NCBI GenBank assembly: GCA_964234715.1 | Contig: OZ174290.1 | Source of the DNA: Podarcis melisellensis | Taxonomy: Eukaryota | DNA: 64,000 bases | Reading direction: 5' to 3' (one strand) | In this document: positions 12,915-27,397 of the stretch, one piece after another | Layout: each line of letters begins with the position of its first letter | Numbering within the stretch: position 1 is the first letter of the stretch | Notes under the pieces: generated by a model | What the model was told of the DNA's origin: nothing | Database searches by the model: none | Seen by the model: only the letters and a program-made list of their open reading frames with translations | Made by a program: the position numbers and the translations under genes

Positions 12915-14129
12915 CATCTGGCTGGGTTTCCCCAGCCACTCTATTTAATTTGATAAAATATGTGTTGCTTTTTTTAGAACTCTCCCTAGAGCTGTCTGTG
13001 AACAAATCAGTAGGCTTCTGCCATGTGTGTGTGCATATATCACACTGATGTCAGAAAGGAATTACTTTTACTTGCTTTCTAGAACCATAGCTGTATTGGT
13101 CTGTTGAACTAAAAAAATCCTGGTATATTTGAGAGTAATCCCATTTAATACGGTGATACTAACTCCTGAAGAGACCTGCATACGATTGGGAATTGCAGTC
13201 TGAGGTAACTATGGAAAAAATTGAGGCAAGGTGGTCTGTGTATCTGATTTAGTTAATTAGCAAGACATTTGCCTCCAACTCCATGAAGAATGCAGCCCTT
13301 CACAGAAAAAGATGTCCACTCTGTCGTAACTTTTAGCAACCTATAGTTTTGACTTACAGGTGTCTCCCCACTTATGCATATTCAACTTGTGTGTGATGCT
13401 GGGAAATAATTAAATAAATTGATTTAAACTCCAGAAAAGTGTGAAAATAGCAAAAATGGCCTAAAAAGAGCAGGAAAACATCTTGCCTTTGTGTTTGCAG
13501 TCCCATGAGGTTTGGAGGGAGTTTTAGGAGGATTTTTTTTTGAGATGACACCCAAACGCAAGGCATCACCATCTTCCCAGGCGCTGAGAAACCCAAGAAG
13601 CAACAAGTGATTTAGAGGGTGTTTACAGGCTATTTAGATCATGTTCCCACTAAGCACGATTTCACATATGTGCACGGTACCTGGGAACGTAACCCCCACC
13701 TGTACGCTTGCGCTTTGTTGAAATTAATGTACACTCTTCAGGCATTAGCAATCCAGTGTATGAAGAACATGAAGGAGGCCTTGAGGACAAGCAGGATAGC
13801 TCTGCTCTCAAGTCACAGAGGGCAACACTTTGAAGTGAGGAGTGTCTGGTATCCCTTGAGGCTACCTGCATGTTTTGGAACACTGATTTTCCAGAGTTTT
13901 AAAATGCACAGGGAAACTCCATGGATGGCAGGAAGCTTTCCTGGTGGCGCTTTCCACAAGTGAAGATTGATGGAAGAGACAACAGGACAGAGACAGTGCT
14001 ATCACACTTGTCCTCACTGACTTTCCTCAGAATTTCTCTCAGATCTCAGTTTTAGAATGTTGTATTATTTTATTGTTGTTAGCTGCCCTGAGCCCGGATT
14101 TGGCTGGGGAGGGTGGGATATAAATAAAA

Positions 14130-14171
<42 letters not shown>

Positions 14172-16803
14172 CATCATCATCATCATTTATTTGCCTCAAA
14201 TTTTGTTTTATGCACAATTTCATTGGCAACACCATTTGTGACTTTTAGAACTTTTTTTTTTAAAGAATTGAAAGCTGGAATTCTCAAGTTTCAAAGGGAG
14301 CTGTAGGCTTCACAAAGGTCCTCTGAGGAAACCTTCGTGTTTCCTACCTCTGTATTTAGTGAGAGAAGGTGGCTTTAAGGAGCTGCTAGGAACTTTGGAG
14401 GGGTGGTGGTGAGGGAGATAAAATTGTGCTGAGCTGTTGGGATTTGTGGAGGGGGTGGAGATGATTGTGCTGAGATGATTGTTTGAAGTGCCACTTGGAA
14501 ATTATATGCAGTATGGTACAAGGAAATATTACAGGGACATGCTGCACAAACTAGTATTTGGAATCCTTGGGAGTTGCTTGAAATCGCCATCCTTTGTACG
14601 CTGTCAGCATGCGGCCCTTTCATGCTATTCTTGGCCCTCCTCCTCCCCCCCAGCCCAGAATGGAGAGAGAGCTGTGAAAGGCTTGTTCCTTTTCTACCAA
14701 GCAGGTATTCATCTTTCACAAAGCAAGGTGGGCTTTGATTAGTACATGCGGGGGCTGCTCCAAATGTCACTTGATAAAATGGAATTGAGAAGCTTTACTT
14801 CACTTCTGTGCATGGAGATATGCCTTTTCCTCCTGCATCCTGCAAAATAACTTCTCTCTGCCTTGAATGAAAGATTTTCTGCTTAGGTGTGTTTAGCACT
14901 GGCTTCTAATATTGAGATGGAAGCCAGACAGTAGGCTTGGAAGAGAGAAAATGTATTGGCAACATTACCTAAGTATTTACAGTTTTTGTCAAGGCTTGTA
15001 ATAACAGGACCTAACTGCCTGAAAGAAAGAAAAGAAACTAGCTGGGGCAATCTCAGATATGGAAGAACCTCATTTTTGTGGACAGGCATGATCTCTTATC
15101 ACAGATTTTCAAGAGTTTCTGTTATACTTGGCTCCTGCTGTTGCTTGTTCCACTTTGCAACATGGGTGGTGTGTGAGAGAGAGCTTCCATGGGCCTTGGA
15201 TATCGCAGTTTGAGTTTGTACAACTGGGTTGGGGATATTAGGGAGCATCTGCCTGAGCAGTTGATGTTAATGACCAAACAAAATAAAACAGGATGTAATT
15301 TTTATAATTGCACCCTGATGCAGGCAGCCAGGAAGCAGGATGCAGAGCTGGGAGGGAGGGAGGGGCAAGACCAGTGTTGTCAATGCGAAGGAGTTACCTG
15401 CACTGCTATGAACATTTATAGTAGGGGTATCATGCTCTGATAGTTGGACTTGCACCTGGAGGACTCAGGTTCAAATCCCTCTTGGCCATGAACCTCTCTC
15501 GGTGGCCTTGGACCAGTGTCTCTGCCTTTGTTTGGCTTAACAATCAACTCTGTTGGCATGTATATTGTTCTGAACATATATGAGTGTATTAAGTGCTTTA
15601 TGCTTAGTCAGATCACTGGTCCATATACCCGTAATCTAGTATTGTTTACTTCATAGCCAGTACTAAACATAGACATACAACTTACAAATGAAGCATCTTA
15701 CCCAGTGGCCAAGGCAGCTGACTGCAGATATTCTGTTGCAGGTAGTTCAATGAAGCTGGGATGTATTTTTCAGCCTGTTTTGGATTGCCCACCCCTACCC
15801 TTCCAAAAGATCAGATTTGCAGCTTGAACATATTATTAGATCTGGCTCTGTCTTTGAATGCCCAAGTGATATCTGTGGCTTTCCATCAACATGACTCCTC
15901 CTGGACAGAAATAGTATAGCCACTTCTACCCCTTGCAGTGATCAGTGTCCAGTGGTGCCATCAGCAGAGGGGAGTGGGCAGAGGCCACCTGGTTGGAGCC
16001 AGCCAACCTCTGAGGGAGGCGGAAAGAGAAGGGGAAGCATAGAAAGTGGGGGAATAAAATAGGAGGGAGGGGAGGACAAAGGGGTAGTTGAACCTAGAGC
16101 AGAACATCTCACAAGCACCTCACAGGAAGGAAACCAAAACCAAACCTAAATAAATAAATAAATAAATAAGAGGAGGAAGCCAGAGAGGGAGGGAGGCAAA
16201 CAGCAAAGTGGAGCAAGGCGAGGGTGTGTGGAAACCTGGATAGGAGTGGCGGCAGCAGGTCAAGGCTCTTGCAGTGTCCACTGCGCTCTGGCTCAAAAAA
16301 GCACTGTGCACTCATTTCTACTTTTTTGTAGAGCAGGAGAACATGATGCCCCTAAATCGCTGCATCAATGGAATCCTGCGTTTTATTTTGTCTTCTGTGA
16401 GTAGCTGCCAAGGTTACTACTCTAAAGTGAGGTCATCAAAACTTCAAAATTAAACAGGAAATCTGGTCTGTAAACACGGTTGCCCTTTTCCCATTCAAAA
16501 CATGGCCAAAGAAGGGCCTCTCCACTATTTTGGAGGAAGTGTAAGATACTTTTCCCCTTTCCTGTTTCTGCCTGTGTTTTGTCCTCAAAGGCCCTGGAAC
16601 CCTAGCTTTCAGAATTCAGAATTCATCTTCTCCATTAATCTGTCTAAAACAGAGCAGATGTGCATAACCTCCATCAGGGACATCCTATTCAATTATTATT
16701 ATTATTCCATTATTTATACACCACCCACCTGACTGGGTTGCCCCAACCACTCTGGGTGGCTTCCAACATATATAAAAGCACAATAAAACATTAAACATTA
16801 AAA

Positions 16804-17820
16804 ATTTTCGCTCTATAACACGCACCTGACCATAACACGCACGTAGTTTTTAGAGGAGGAAAACAAGAAAAAATATTCTAAATGAAACAGTGGATGAATG
16901 ATTTTTGTGGTTCATGCTGTGGCCACAGACATGATCTGACGGTGAGTTTGGGGTAGCCCAATGTAAAAATCCTGAGGATCCATGTGGATCCATGCTTTGT
17001 AACCACGTTTTAAGTGGGGAGGGAAGGAAAAGCATTCAAGGGACAAGGAGCACGCATGGGGTGTGTGGAGAAGGATGCTGCTAATAATGCAGGCAAGGGG
17101 TTTAAGGGGAGAAGGAGCTCGGGTGGGGTGTGTGGAAAAGGAGCTTTTTGGCAAGCTGAGTGGGGAGGGGAGAGGGAAAGAGCACTGTTGCTTTAAAGGA
17201 GCCAACCGGACAGCAACCACTTACAGCAGTGTAAACAGCTCCTTTCCTCTCCTGCTTTGCTCCTTCTCTCCCTTTTTGCTGCTTTACGCAGCTAATGGCG
17301 AATCCCCTGCAACCCAAGTCCTGCTCAGCGGATAAGCTGAGACGCTGGGAGAATCGTAATTTCCCCCTCTCCCTCATCCCGTGCCCTCCTGTCCCCAGCA
17401 GCCTTTTAAAAAACTTTTTTACTGGTTTTCACTGCGCTTGTGGCTCAGAGCCCTCCTGTGCTCTGCCGTCCCTCTGCAGCCTCATTGCTCCGTTTAGAGA
17501 GCGCACGGACCTTTGCTAGCTGAGGCTGGCTACGCGGCGCTTTTTCCGGCTCGCTATGGCTCCCGTCTGTCCCTTCTCCCGTGTAAGCGGCTGCTGCCCG
17601 CTTTGCTGCCATGGCTCTCCTTCCCTCCCTCCTCCCCGGCTCCTCCCCCTCCTCCTGGCTGTAAAGCAAGCAAAGCTAGAGCGGGACAGGAGCCCTGCAA
17701 GCGGCTCCCGCTTTGCTTGACTGACGGCAGCCATGAGTGCTTTCGCTCCGTAACACGCACAGGCACGTTTCCTTACTTTCTAGGAGCAAAAGAGTGCGTG
17801 TTTTGGAGCGAAAATTACGG
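16804..17820. mobile_element. Tc2-like non-autonomous DNA transposon (left TIR truncated)
   Basis: Right TIR AAAATTACGG-TA; first about 230 bp homologous to 44362-44580. Confidence 0.7.
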
Positions 17821-18087
17821 TATCTCCTTAGCTCAGGAATCGCATAACTCCATACCCTCCAACATTTCTCCAATGAAAATTGGAATGTCCTAAGGAAAAG
17901 CAGGATATCCTGGGATCAAATCAGAAACCAGGATGGCTTCTGTAAATCTGGGACTGTCCCTGGAAAATAGGGACCAATGGAGGGTCTGAATGTGGACTGT
18001 AGTCCATACAGAGAGAACTCCATCTCTGATTATAAGAGGAGCAAAGTGGCCATTCCTGCTTCCAGTCCTTTAATGAAGCTGCATGCC

Positions 18088-18158
<71 letters not shown>
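18088..18158. repeat. (TTTC)n microsatellite
   Basis: About 17 perfect units. Confidence 0.95.
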
Positions 18159-21100
18159 TAGAGGGTCTGTTAAACTTGATAATCAGAACCCACCTATCTT
18201 TCGTTTACCATTACCCAAAAGTTGCCTGTACTCTTTATCTGCATTGGTGTCTGCATTCTAAGAGTTATGACAGAGAAGAAATATCTGTGGGTCATTGTTT
18301 GCAGCTATGTTTGATTCTAAAGAGATGTTGCTCAAGAGTTCCAGCAGCTTTTGTCCATTCCTTTACAAAATTGGGTTTTTACACCTTTACTTCCTAGATG
18401 TATAATAGAAGTGAACTTTTAAAGGAAGAAGTTTTTGGGTTTTGGTTATAAAATTAAGGAAAAAGAAAAGGAGACATCAGCTTTAAATCTGGTAACCTGA
18501 ATAGTCGCTGTTTGGGAATGGCAGTATCTAGTATCAATTCCATGCCACAAATCTTTAGAAAATCTGGATAAAGGATTTTTTTGCAGATCAGTAAGAACTG
18601 AATGTCACCCGCCTGTGAATGTCATTAAATCACTCTAGTTTTTCATCCCAGTCTCCTACCACAGATTGTCAAATTCTCCTTATTCCATGTTTTCCCTATC
18701 CTTTCCACCAACACATTTTCAGAGACTTGAGGAATCCTTTCAGAACAGAAACATCCCATGAGCTTGCTGATGTCACTGGAAACTTTGTTTCCAGATTTGA
18801 AGAATTTGTTTTTCGTATTTTGCTTATTTCCATAGAATCAAAGAATTGCAGAATTGGAAGAGATCCCAGGGGTCATCTAGTCCAACCCCCTACAGGAATT
18901 TTCTTACTCCCATTCTGTTAGTTTTGAATCAGTCAATGCAACAGAGGTGAAATTTAGTGGAAGGTAACACTCAAAACTATTTTTAAGATATTAACAGATT
19001 CTTACTAGATCATGAGCTTAATGCTCACTGACATGATCAACTTGCATATGGGTTGTGCCACTTCAGATTGAAAATGGGGGCAGACTTGGCTGAATGCTTC
19101 TCCTGCCCAGAAAAAGAAAAAACATTTAAAGCTAGACTAGAACTTTTCTCCCTGGCCTGCTGATTTTCTTTGTGGTTGAATTTGTGTATGCATGTGCACA
19201 TGCCTGTACATGGGTGTAGCAGTATTCAGTCATGCTAGTCCCCACCTGCAATCTAAAGTGTTACAGTCCAGACCCAGGTTGACCCTTAGTGAGACTTTTA
19301 TACTATTCTCATTTGAAAGGTCAGAGAAGCCCTGGCCTTGTGAGTCGTTCTCTGTCCATTCCATGGTGTTCATTGTCTTTCAGTCTGTACGTGACCTGAG
19401 AGCACTGCAAGTAGAGGAGAAGTGGGGGAAAGTATGAGAACTCTCTGGGTTTAAGAAGGTGGGAGAATAAAAACTCCAGTGGCAAGCTTGTTAAAAGTCT
19501 ATTTCACACTTGACTTTTTCAGATCCTTATTAATACTCATATCTTTATGTGTGCTGTATCTTTATATTGGAATAATAAATAATAATAATAATAAATTTTA
19601 TTTATATCCCGCCCTCCCCAGCCGAAGCCGGGCCCAGGGCGGCTAACAACAATAAAACAGGAACAGGAAATGGAACAAGTAAATGGAACAAGTAAAACAG
19701 ACACTTAATCTGTATTATACTCTTTGCCTGGTATGTGTATTGGAATGTGTATTGTTCAGTTGAAACCTATGAATGAATCTGCCTTATAGCCAGTTACCAC
19801 CAGGGGTGAGCGCCTGGGTGGGTTGGAGAATGGAGGTGAAAGAAGTTAAGTTGCTCAAAAGTCACAGACGGTTGACCCTGTGAGAGAGAGGGGGGCAGTG
19901 GGCAGCCCTAGATGTGAAATGGAGGAGGAGCTGTTGCTTGGACAAGCCTATGGTTCATTCCGTGGAAAGTTCCGTTTGTTTTTACCCAGATATTTATTGA
20001 AGTGGAAACTTTAATTGTTGTCCTCAGTGTACTTTAGCTTTGTTTGCTTTGTGATGGAGCTGTTAATTTTTTGTTGTTTATTGGACCTGTCTTTATGATG
20101 TTGTAATGTTTGTATATATATTTTCTGTACATCTTTTAGTATTCAATCTCCACTCTGGGATTGAAAATGCTCAATTAAGGGCAGGTTATAAATACTTTTA
20201 AAAAACCAGTTAGACTGTTGGTTCAACCAGTTCAGTATCGTTGACACTGATTGGCAGCCACTTACCAGGGCTACAGGCAGGGGATACTCCCAACTCCTCC
20301 TGGAGATGCTGTGGATTTAGCCTGAAATTTTGTGCATGCAAAGCAGGTGTTCTGCCACTGTTCTACAACCATTCTCCATGAATGAAAGAGATCTCTGGTT
20401 CTCTTAGTTTCCTCCTGGTGCTAAGGAAGGGGCTTATGGGGGTAGGGGCACATCTCCTGGAAATAAATCAAGAGTCTGCTTCTGCTTTGTTATGTTACCA
20501 ACCTGTACAAAAGGATGCATTTCTTATCCCTTCATGTGAGAACATGGCATGACTAATCTTATCCAGCACAAATTTTTTAAAGTGAGGGAAAGTCAGAACA
20601 GTACAGAACTTGAAAAATGTTTGAAAACATTCAGGTAGCTTCTACTGGAGGCTTTTATTTTTTTAGAGGTGGCCATCTCTGTGTTTGCATGGCTACTTTC
20701 CTGATTTCTAGTTTCACCTATTGTGCCTTGTTGATTCTGTTTGCCATACTACCACCATTCTATTTTGCTAAAATGTTCTTCAGAATAGCCCAGCTGAAAT
20801 TAACAGTGCCAAATTGAGAAGGTTGCTGCAAATTAAGCAAACTTGCAGGATTTAAGTGACCGTGAGCATTCTTTGTTTGTTTTTAAAAGTATGTGTTGGA
20901 TGTCCTCCCTGAAGCATGGATGCCACAGGTTAGCAGAGGCAGCAAGAGTTTGTGGCCTACCTGGGGGGGAGGATCGCTGGACTTGGCTTTGGCACAGTTA
21001 GATGTACAGTCCTGCTTGCCATTCCTGTGCTGCACTGCTGTGCCAACTTGGTGGCTCAGTGAATTAGGAGGACAGGCCACCCCAGGATATTGGAGGTGGG

Positions 21101-21623
21101 GACAAATCTGCATGGGCTGGAGCTAGAGGCAAAGCTGACTTAGGAGGACACTGTTATAGCTTGGTTGGCAGAACATTAGACTCTGAATCTCAGGGTCAGG
21201 GTTTCAAGCCTCACACTGGGCAAAATATTTGTGCATTGCAGGAGGTTGGGCCAGATGACCCTCGTGGTCCTTTCCAACTCTACAATACTGTGATTTTATG
21301 ATCTCTTGTTGGCACACTTGCCAAAAAAGGTGGCCATGCAGTTGGATATTGAAGGTCCTTGTTTCAGTCCCTGGTGTCTCCAGTTAGAAGGATCAGGTAG
21401 CCAGTGATATGAAGGACCTTTCTCTGAGACAAAGGTAAGTCTACCTGGCTAGATGGACAAAATGTCTGACCAGTATAAGGCAGCTTTCTATGTTTCCACT
21501 GTGAGCTCTTTGCAGCAGGACCTTGTGGAATCGAGCTCCTTGGGCTTATTTCCAGAAAGTTCCAAAGTGCAATTCTCTGCAAATGAATTTTCTAATATGC
21601 TACCTTCAATCACTCTCTTGTAG

Positions 21624-21773
<150 letters not shown>

Positions 21774-23130
21774 TAGGAAAAGCTATGGATGTTGGTGTGA
21801 AAGCATCCAGTATGTCCTTGCCCTCCTCTCCTTCAATATGCATGGAAGGGGAGTTTTAAATTCCACAGAGCAGAGAGGCTGTGAGCACTGTTCCTATGTC
21901 ACTGTCTCCCCAGCAGTCTGACTCCATGCAAGTTGTCCCTCCCACTCCCATCAATTTAGGGATCCAACATGCTGTAATTATAGCCAAGAGCTTTCAGTTC
22001 CAAATTGTGCAGCTGGAATCAGAGTTGGATGGAAATTGAGGGCTTTCCCTTTTTAACACAGATTGAGTGAAACCCAATCACCTCATGTAAGTGTGTGTGA
22101 AGTTAAATGGGCAGACCTTTGTTAGTTTTTTATAGACTGAATGGTGATGGTGCAAAGGGGAGACCTGGTCACTTTGCTTCTCAGTTTCAGAATGTCAGTG
22201 CTAAAAGTTAGTTTTTCTCCCTTCATTACAGTTCCTCTTCTCATTAAATATGTTGTGCTGGTTCTCTGACTGTCCGTATCAACTTCAAAGTCTGAGACTC
22301 TACATTTAAGGCCCTCATCCACCCACAACAGTATATCCTTTTTCTCTGTCATCCATTACTTGCCTTGTACCTCCTTATCACATTTGCCCTTTCTGCCTTG
22401 GAATACAAGTTCCCCTGTTTGAACTTCCCTGCTCCTTTTGGCTCCAGGCTTCCATCAGCTCCTGTCAAAGGAAAGAGGAAGGGGCAACTGGCAGACAGAT
22501 CAACAGCTGTTGTGTAGAACTTCTTGTTCATATTTCTTGTACTTGCTCTGTTCTCCCTTCTCTCTCCTAATACCATGCCACATCTGAGGTGCATGTTTGC
22601 TTTTAGCTTTTACCCAGTCCATGTACAGTTTGCCTTATTCCAGGAAAAGCTGGAAGTACAGTGGCCATATGTGCAAGAGAGCCTCATGTTTTGGAAGTAA
22701 TTGTAAAGATAGTCCATATTCTTATTTTAATCCTTCAGAAGCTTAATTTTCAAGAAGTAGTGCATTTTCTAAAAGGATGATGCCATAACCAAAAGATACA
22801 AGCCCAGGTATCTGGATTTGTATTGTCAATCACCATTATGCTTCTAGAGTATATACAAACTTTAATATATACATTATGCTGATTAGCCAGGTACTTTATG
22901 GGAAGAAATCTTTCTTTGTTTTGACAGCTGCCCTTGGCTTTAGTTGCCTTTCTGGGTCCTATAGTCTACAAAAGAGAGTAAACAACACTTTTAACACTAT
23001 TTATGATACCAATATATATTTCAAACAGTGAAAATCCAGACAAAAAAGTTGTTGAGCTTTTTTGGCAAATTCGCAAAAAAAGAGAGAAGCTTTTGAGCTA
23101 TCTTCAATCTCCAAAAAGGGCACTGCCAAC

Positions 23131-23247
23131 ATGGGTTGCCATATGTCTGGATTTTCCCGGACATTTTTGTGATTTCCACATGGACACAGCTTTCGACTAC
23201 AGTATTCCAGATGTGTTCAGGAATTTCCAGACGTATGGCAACCCTAC
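23131..23247. mobile_element. hAT (Tip100-like) MITE
   Basis: GGGTTGCCATATGTCTGGA / TCCAGACGTATGGCAACCC inverted repeats. Confidence 0.65.
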
Positions 23248-23401
23248 CAATATATTGATTTGTGTTATAAGAGCTGTAAGTTGAATAACTGGTGTCTGGA
23301 CTGACTTCAGTAAGTCACTTGGGAAGCCTCTGTGTCTAAATGTTTTAAATAAATTTGCAGTCTTTGCAAGGGCTGCTTTTCATGACAAATTTTAAAGATA
23401 C

Positions 23402-23855
23402 TGTCAGGGAACTGCCATCAGTGCCGGAGGAAGAGAGCAAAAGCCAGAGGGATTCCAGAGAGCGTCCAGGGATCGGGAGAGGCAGCCCATCTTCTGGGGA
23501 AGAGAATCAGCGTAGCACCAGTGGAGAGGGGGGCAGATGGGGGAAGCGGTGAGGCGGTCCCATGACTCCTTGCTGGGGACCAGCGGGGAGAGTAGGGGTC
23601 CTCCGCTGCCTACGCCCTCCTTGCGCAGAAGGCTTTCGCGCAGAGAGAGTAGGAGGAGACTAGGTGTCAAAGAGCTTTTTTGCTGGAAGAAGTTTAAAAA
23701 ACGCCCACTGACGGATTCTGCCAGCGATTGAGTCAGCCACGGGTGAGTGGCTGTCCGGACAGAAAAGGTTCACTTAGGCAACCCAGCCAGGTGTTTGCAC
23801 CCAGCCGGGGAGATAAGCACCGGCTTACGCACGAGCAACCCCTAGAACCATTACA
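23402..23855. mobile_element. Solo LTR (probably Gypsy-type)
   Basis: TGT...ACA termini, perfect 5-bp TSD GATAC (23397-401 and 23856-860). Confidence 0.8.
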
Positions 23856-24132
23856 GATACTAATTCACCTAATCAGTTGTATAAAGGTAATATGAGATGT
23901 ATAATACATATCTAACTTAGAGCAGGCCTAGAAAACCCTAACTACTTCCAGAGTCTTGCCATGTATAGTTGCTTTTTGCAGGAAAGCCTTGCTCAGGACA
24001 GTGGTTTTGAAATTGTTTCTTGGAAGCTCATCAGATGCTCCTCAGTGGGAGAATCAGTCCAGGTAAGCAGGTTTTCCTGGAAGATGGCTTGTCCCATCTT
24101 CTCCTGCAATGTGCAGAAGCAGGACTAGAGAG

Positions 24133-24256
24133 CATAGGAGCTAACACTTAGGGGTCAAGATCCCTTTGCCCACCCAGTAAAATGTTTGAGGGGGCCAGGC
24201 ACCCCCCCCCCAAGTTGATGGGCATTGCCATTCAAATGGTGTGTGTGTGCTGTATC

Positions 24257-24287
<31 letters not shown>

Positions 24288-24339
24288 ATGTGGGGCTTAC
24301 CTGCCCCCCCCAAATATTCTGTTCAAGTTGGTACCCGTG
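24133..24339. mobile_element. hAT-type MITE
   Basis: 8-bp TSD CTAGAGAG; imperfect TIRs CATAGGAGCTAAC / GTTGGTACCCGTG. Confidence 0.7.
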
Positions 24340-24750
24340 CTAGAGAGTACATTCTGTTGTTCACTCCCAGTTCGGAGTCCGAAATTTCCAGGACATACAG
24401 TTTTCTGTCTAGATATTCACTGTTTGAAATATAGCAACTCTATGGTGAAGCCTAGCCTAGATGGCTACAATTCTATGTGAACTACATGTACACCATAGAA
24501 CATGTCCAAGAATCTTCTGCAATGGACAAGGAGTCTACAGGCGATGTACTGCAGTTCCTTGGCAGACATGTTGGTGTGGAAAGTCTCTGAAGCAGGAAAG
24601 GAGGAAAAGTCCTGGCTTAGAGAGAGGAAGAGGCAAGGCAATTGTATTTCTTAAGTCCAGATGACTGGCAGTTTTCTGGGAGCCTTTTTATTTTTTATCT
24701 TTTATAGTTTGCATAAGTCCTTGCAGTTCTCTTGCTTCTGTTTCCTGCAG

Positions 24751-24896
24751 GTCGAATCAAGTACTCTGAGCGGGTGTACGATGCATGCATGGATACCTTT
24801 GACTGTCTTCCTCTTGCTGCCCTTTTGAACCAGCAGTTTCTGTGCGTGCATGGAGGGCTGTCTCCTGAAATCACATGTCTAGATGATATTAGGAAA
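24751..24896 (+). CDS. PPP3CC: PPP3CC exon 5 ([14 protein letters not shown]...[16 protein letters not shown])
   Basis: ctgcag| and |gtaagt, 146 nt; HGG motif. Confidence 0.97.
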
Positions 24897-25118
24897 GTAA
24901 GTGGTGCCTCTCCCCTCCATAAAACAGCACAGGTATCGTAGTTCCAGTCAGGGTCTTCTTGTAGGCTTACCTGCCCCCATTCTGACAAGGTTCCACTCCA
25001 GGGTATGTTTCCCCACCACCTTTTCTTTTAAGGCTACCTAAGACTTGTTGAAGGGGCTGCCAGGCATGAAGACATGTACACTTCTCTCTGATTCCAGGCT
25101 GAAGTTCTGTAGGGTTGA

Positions 25119-25430
25119 CAGTGGTGGAGGAAGGGGGTGGGTGGGGGCGGGCCACCCTGGGTGTCACCACTGAGGGGGTGACAAAATGCTGGGTGGCACT
25201 CACTGCGGGGCCTGCAGAATGCCCGAGCCACGCATCTCTCCTGGGAGAGATGCGGTGGCTTGGGCGCATGCAGGCTCTGCTCTGCCCAAACGGTCCGCCA
25301 GCTTCCCCCCCCCCAGCTGTAGGGTGGCTGAGTGGGAGGAGGCAGGCAGACTCTGGAGGCCCCATGGTGTGCCCCGCCCTGCCCCGTGGGCGGCTCACCC
25401 CAGGTGCCCGAGCGGCTTTTTCCGCCACTG
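25119..25430. mobile_element. GC-rich MITE
   Basis: TIRs CAGTGGTGGA / TCCGCCACTG, internal hairpin. Confidence 0.6.
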
Positions 25431-26357
25431 AGTCAAAAGAGGAAAGGTGCCAACAGGGAACTTGTGTGCGTTCGCGGCATTCGCCCTCCTTCCTGGCAAG
25501 CTGAGGCTTACTCTCTGGTTTTTTTTCCTCCATGCACCCTTTTTCATGCCCTGGTGAGATATATGCAGTTCTGTTATTTTCTGGTGTCTGCCTTATGTCC
25601 CGTCCCCGTCCCCCCTTCTATGTATAAAGCAAAGAAGGGTGTTACATAATGGGGAGATTCCTGAAGGTAGCAGAAGGAGACTTGCAGGGACTCGGGAAAG
25701 CAAAGTGCCAAGCCCTGGAGAAACAGTGAGGGAGGTGGTTTAATTTTCAGGATGAATTAAATAAAATTGCGGTCTTCGTAGAATTATATAATTGGAAGAG
25801 ACCCCGAGGGTCATTTAGTCCAACACTCTATTGTAGCCAGAATCCCAACTAAAGCATACACACTAATTCAATGTACTGATTTTGGGGGTGGGGGTGGGAA
25901 ATGATCACAATAAACATGAACAAACTTTAACAGTCACGGCCTTCTCGCCCTTATTATGCCCAAACCCCACTCCTTTGACAGTGTCTGTGAGCGTGACTTT
26001 CTCAGATGCTTGTGCATTTTAATTTATGCATTATATATGTCGTCTTTTATTAGCATGGTCAAGGCCAGAGGAGTGGGGGGGGCAGACCGCCCAGGGTGTC
26101 ATCGCTGAGGGGGGTGACATTCGGCATGACACACGCCATGACTCCCAAGCCTACCCCGAGCCATCGGTGGTGGTGGTCGGGGGTTTGACAAAAAAAAATG
26201 CACTTGGTACCACCTGACCTTGCTAGGCCTCTAAGGATTGAACTTCTTTGTGTATGCTGGTTTATGAACATCATAAAGATTTGGATTGGAACTTCTTTGT
26301 TCTCCTTCAAAGACAAATTAAGCAGTTGGAAAAAGAAATGTGTGTTGCCTTTAATCC

Positions 26358-26492
26358 AGGGTTTCTCAAACTTGAGTCTCCAGCTGTTTTTGGACTACAA
26401 CTCCCATCATCCCTAGCTAGCAGAACCAGTGGCCAGGGATGGTGGGAGTTGTAGTCTGGAAGCAGATGGAGGCCCAAGTTTGAGAAACATTG
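26358..26492. mobile_element. Palindromic hAT (URR1-like) MITE
   Basis: Long inverted arms gtttctcaaactt..ggactacaactcccatcatccct / agggatggtgggagttgtagtc..aagtttgagaaac; related copy at 41515-41633. Confidence 0.7.
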
Positions 26493-26769
26493 CTAATCCT
26501 TACAGAGATTGAATGATTAAAATTTTCTTATATCTTGAGGGGGGAAGTGGATTCCCTATTCGTAAGTCTTCCACACTTAGAAATCAGCGCTCATATAGGC
26601 AATGTTTGTTTCTGAGATGTGACATCATAAACTATGTTTATCTAGCACAGATGAATTGAGGGTTTTTTCTCATGCACTGTATTTTGGCATGCTCTTAATA
26701 ATGAGTTCCCTTAATTCTGTATATATCAATTATCTTTTTTTTTGGCTTTTCTGTGTGTGTGCCTTTCAG

Positions 26770-26909
26770 TTAGACAGGTTTAAGGAGCCTCCAGCCTTTG
26801 GTCCAATGTGTGACCTGCTGTGGTCTGATCCATCAGAGGATTATGGCAATGAGAAGACACTGGAACATTTTACCCACAACACTGTTCGAGGTTGCTCCTA
26901 TTTCTACAG
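26770..26909 (+). CDS. PPP3CC: PPP3CC exon 6 ([21 protein letters not shown]...RGCSYFY)
   Basis: tttcag| and |gtagga, 140 nt. Confidence 0.97.
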
Positions 26910-27397
26910 GTAGGAAACATTTCAAACATAACCCTTGGTTAAGTGAAAAGGTAGTAGTGTGAAGTCCCAGTTGCTGTGCTCAAACCACTCTGTTCCAGGG
27001 CTTTGAGTGGGACTCTGTCCCGCTTGTGATTGTTGCTGTCTTAAAAATACAACTTGTATTACTACTGAATTCCCTATGACTTTTCCCTCTTGTAAAACCG
27101 AAAAGCCATTCGTTTGTGGCTTTCTGAGTTGTTTACAAGGTCAAAGATGTGCCTGAAGGATTTCAGAAATACTAGAACAAGTTTGTGTGGACTTATCAGA
27201 ACTTTAAAACTTGCCAAGCAAGTTTTATTTAGCAAAGCAATATATCTTGAATCTGAATGTTATTTGCTTCACAAGTCCCTCTGAATGTTTATTTGGATGG
27301 CCTCAGGATCACCACAAATTCCCAGTATCCATAAATGTTAGTTTGATTTCTAGGTGCTTAGCAGCCCTAACAAGGAGTCAAGTTTTGTTGTAGCCCT

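Noticed and set aside
24967-25649. Overlapping 100-190 aa ORFs
   Set aside because: Arise from a GC-rich MITE; no protein-family signature.
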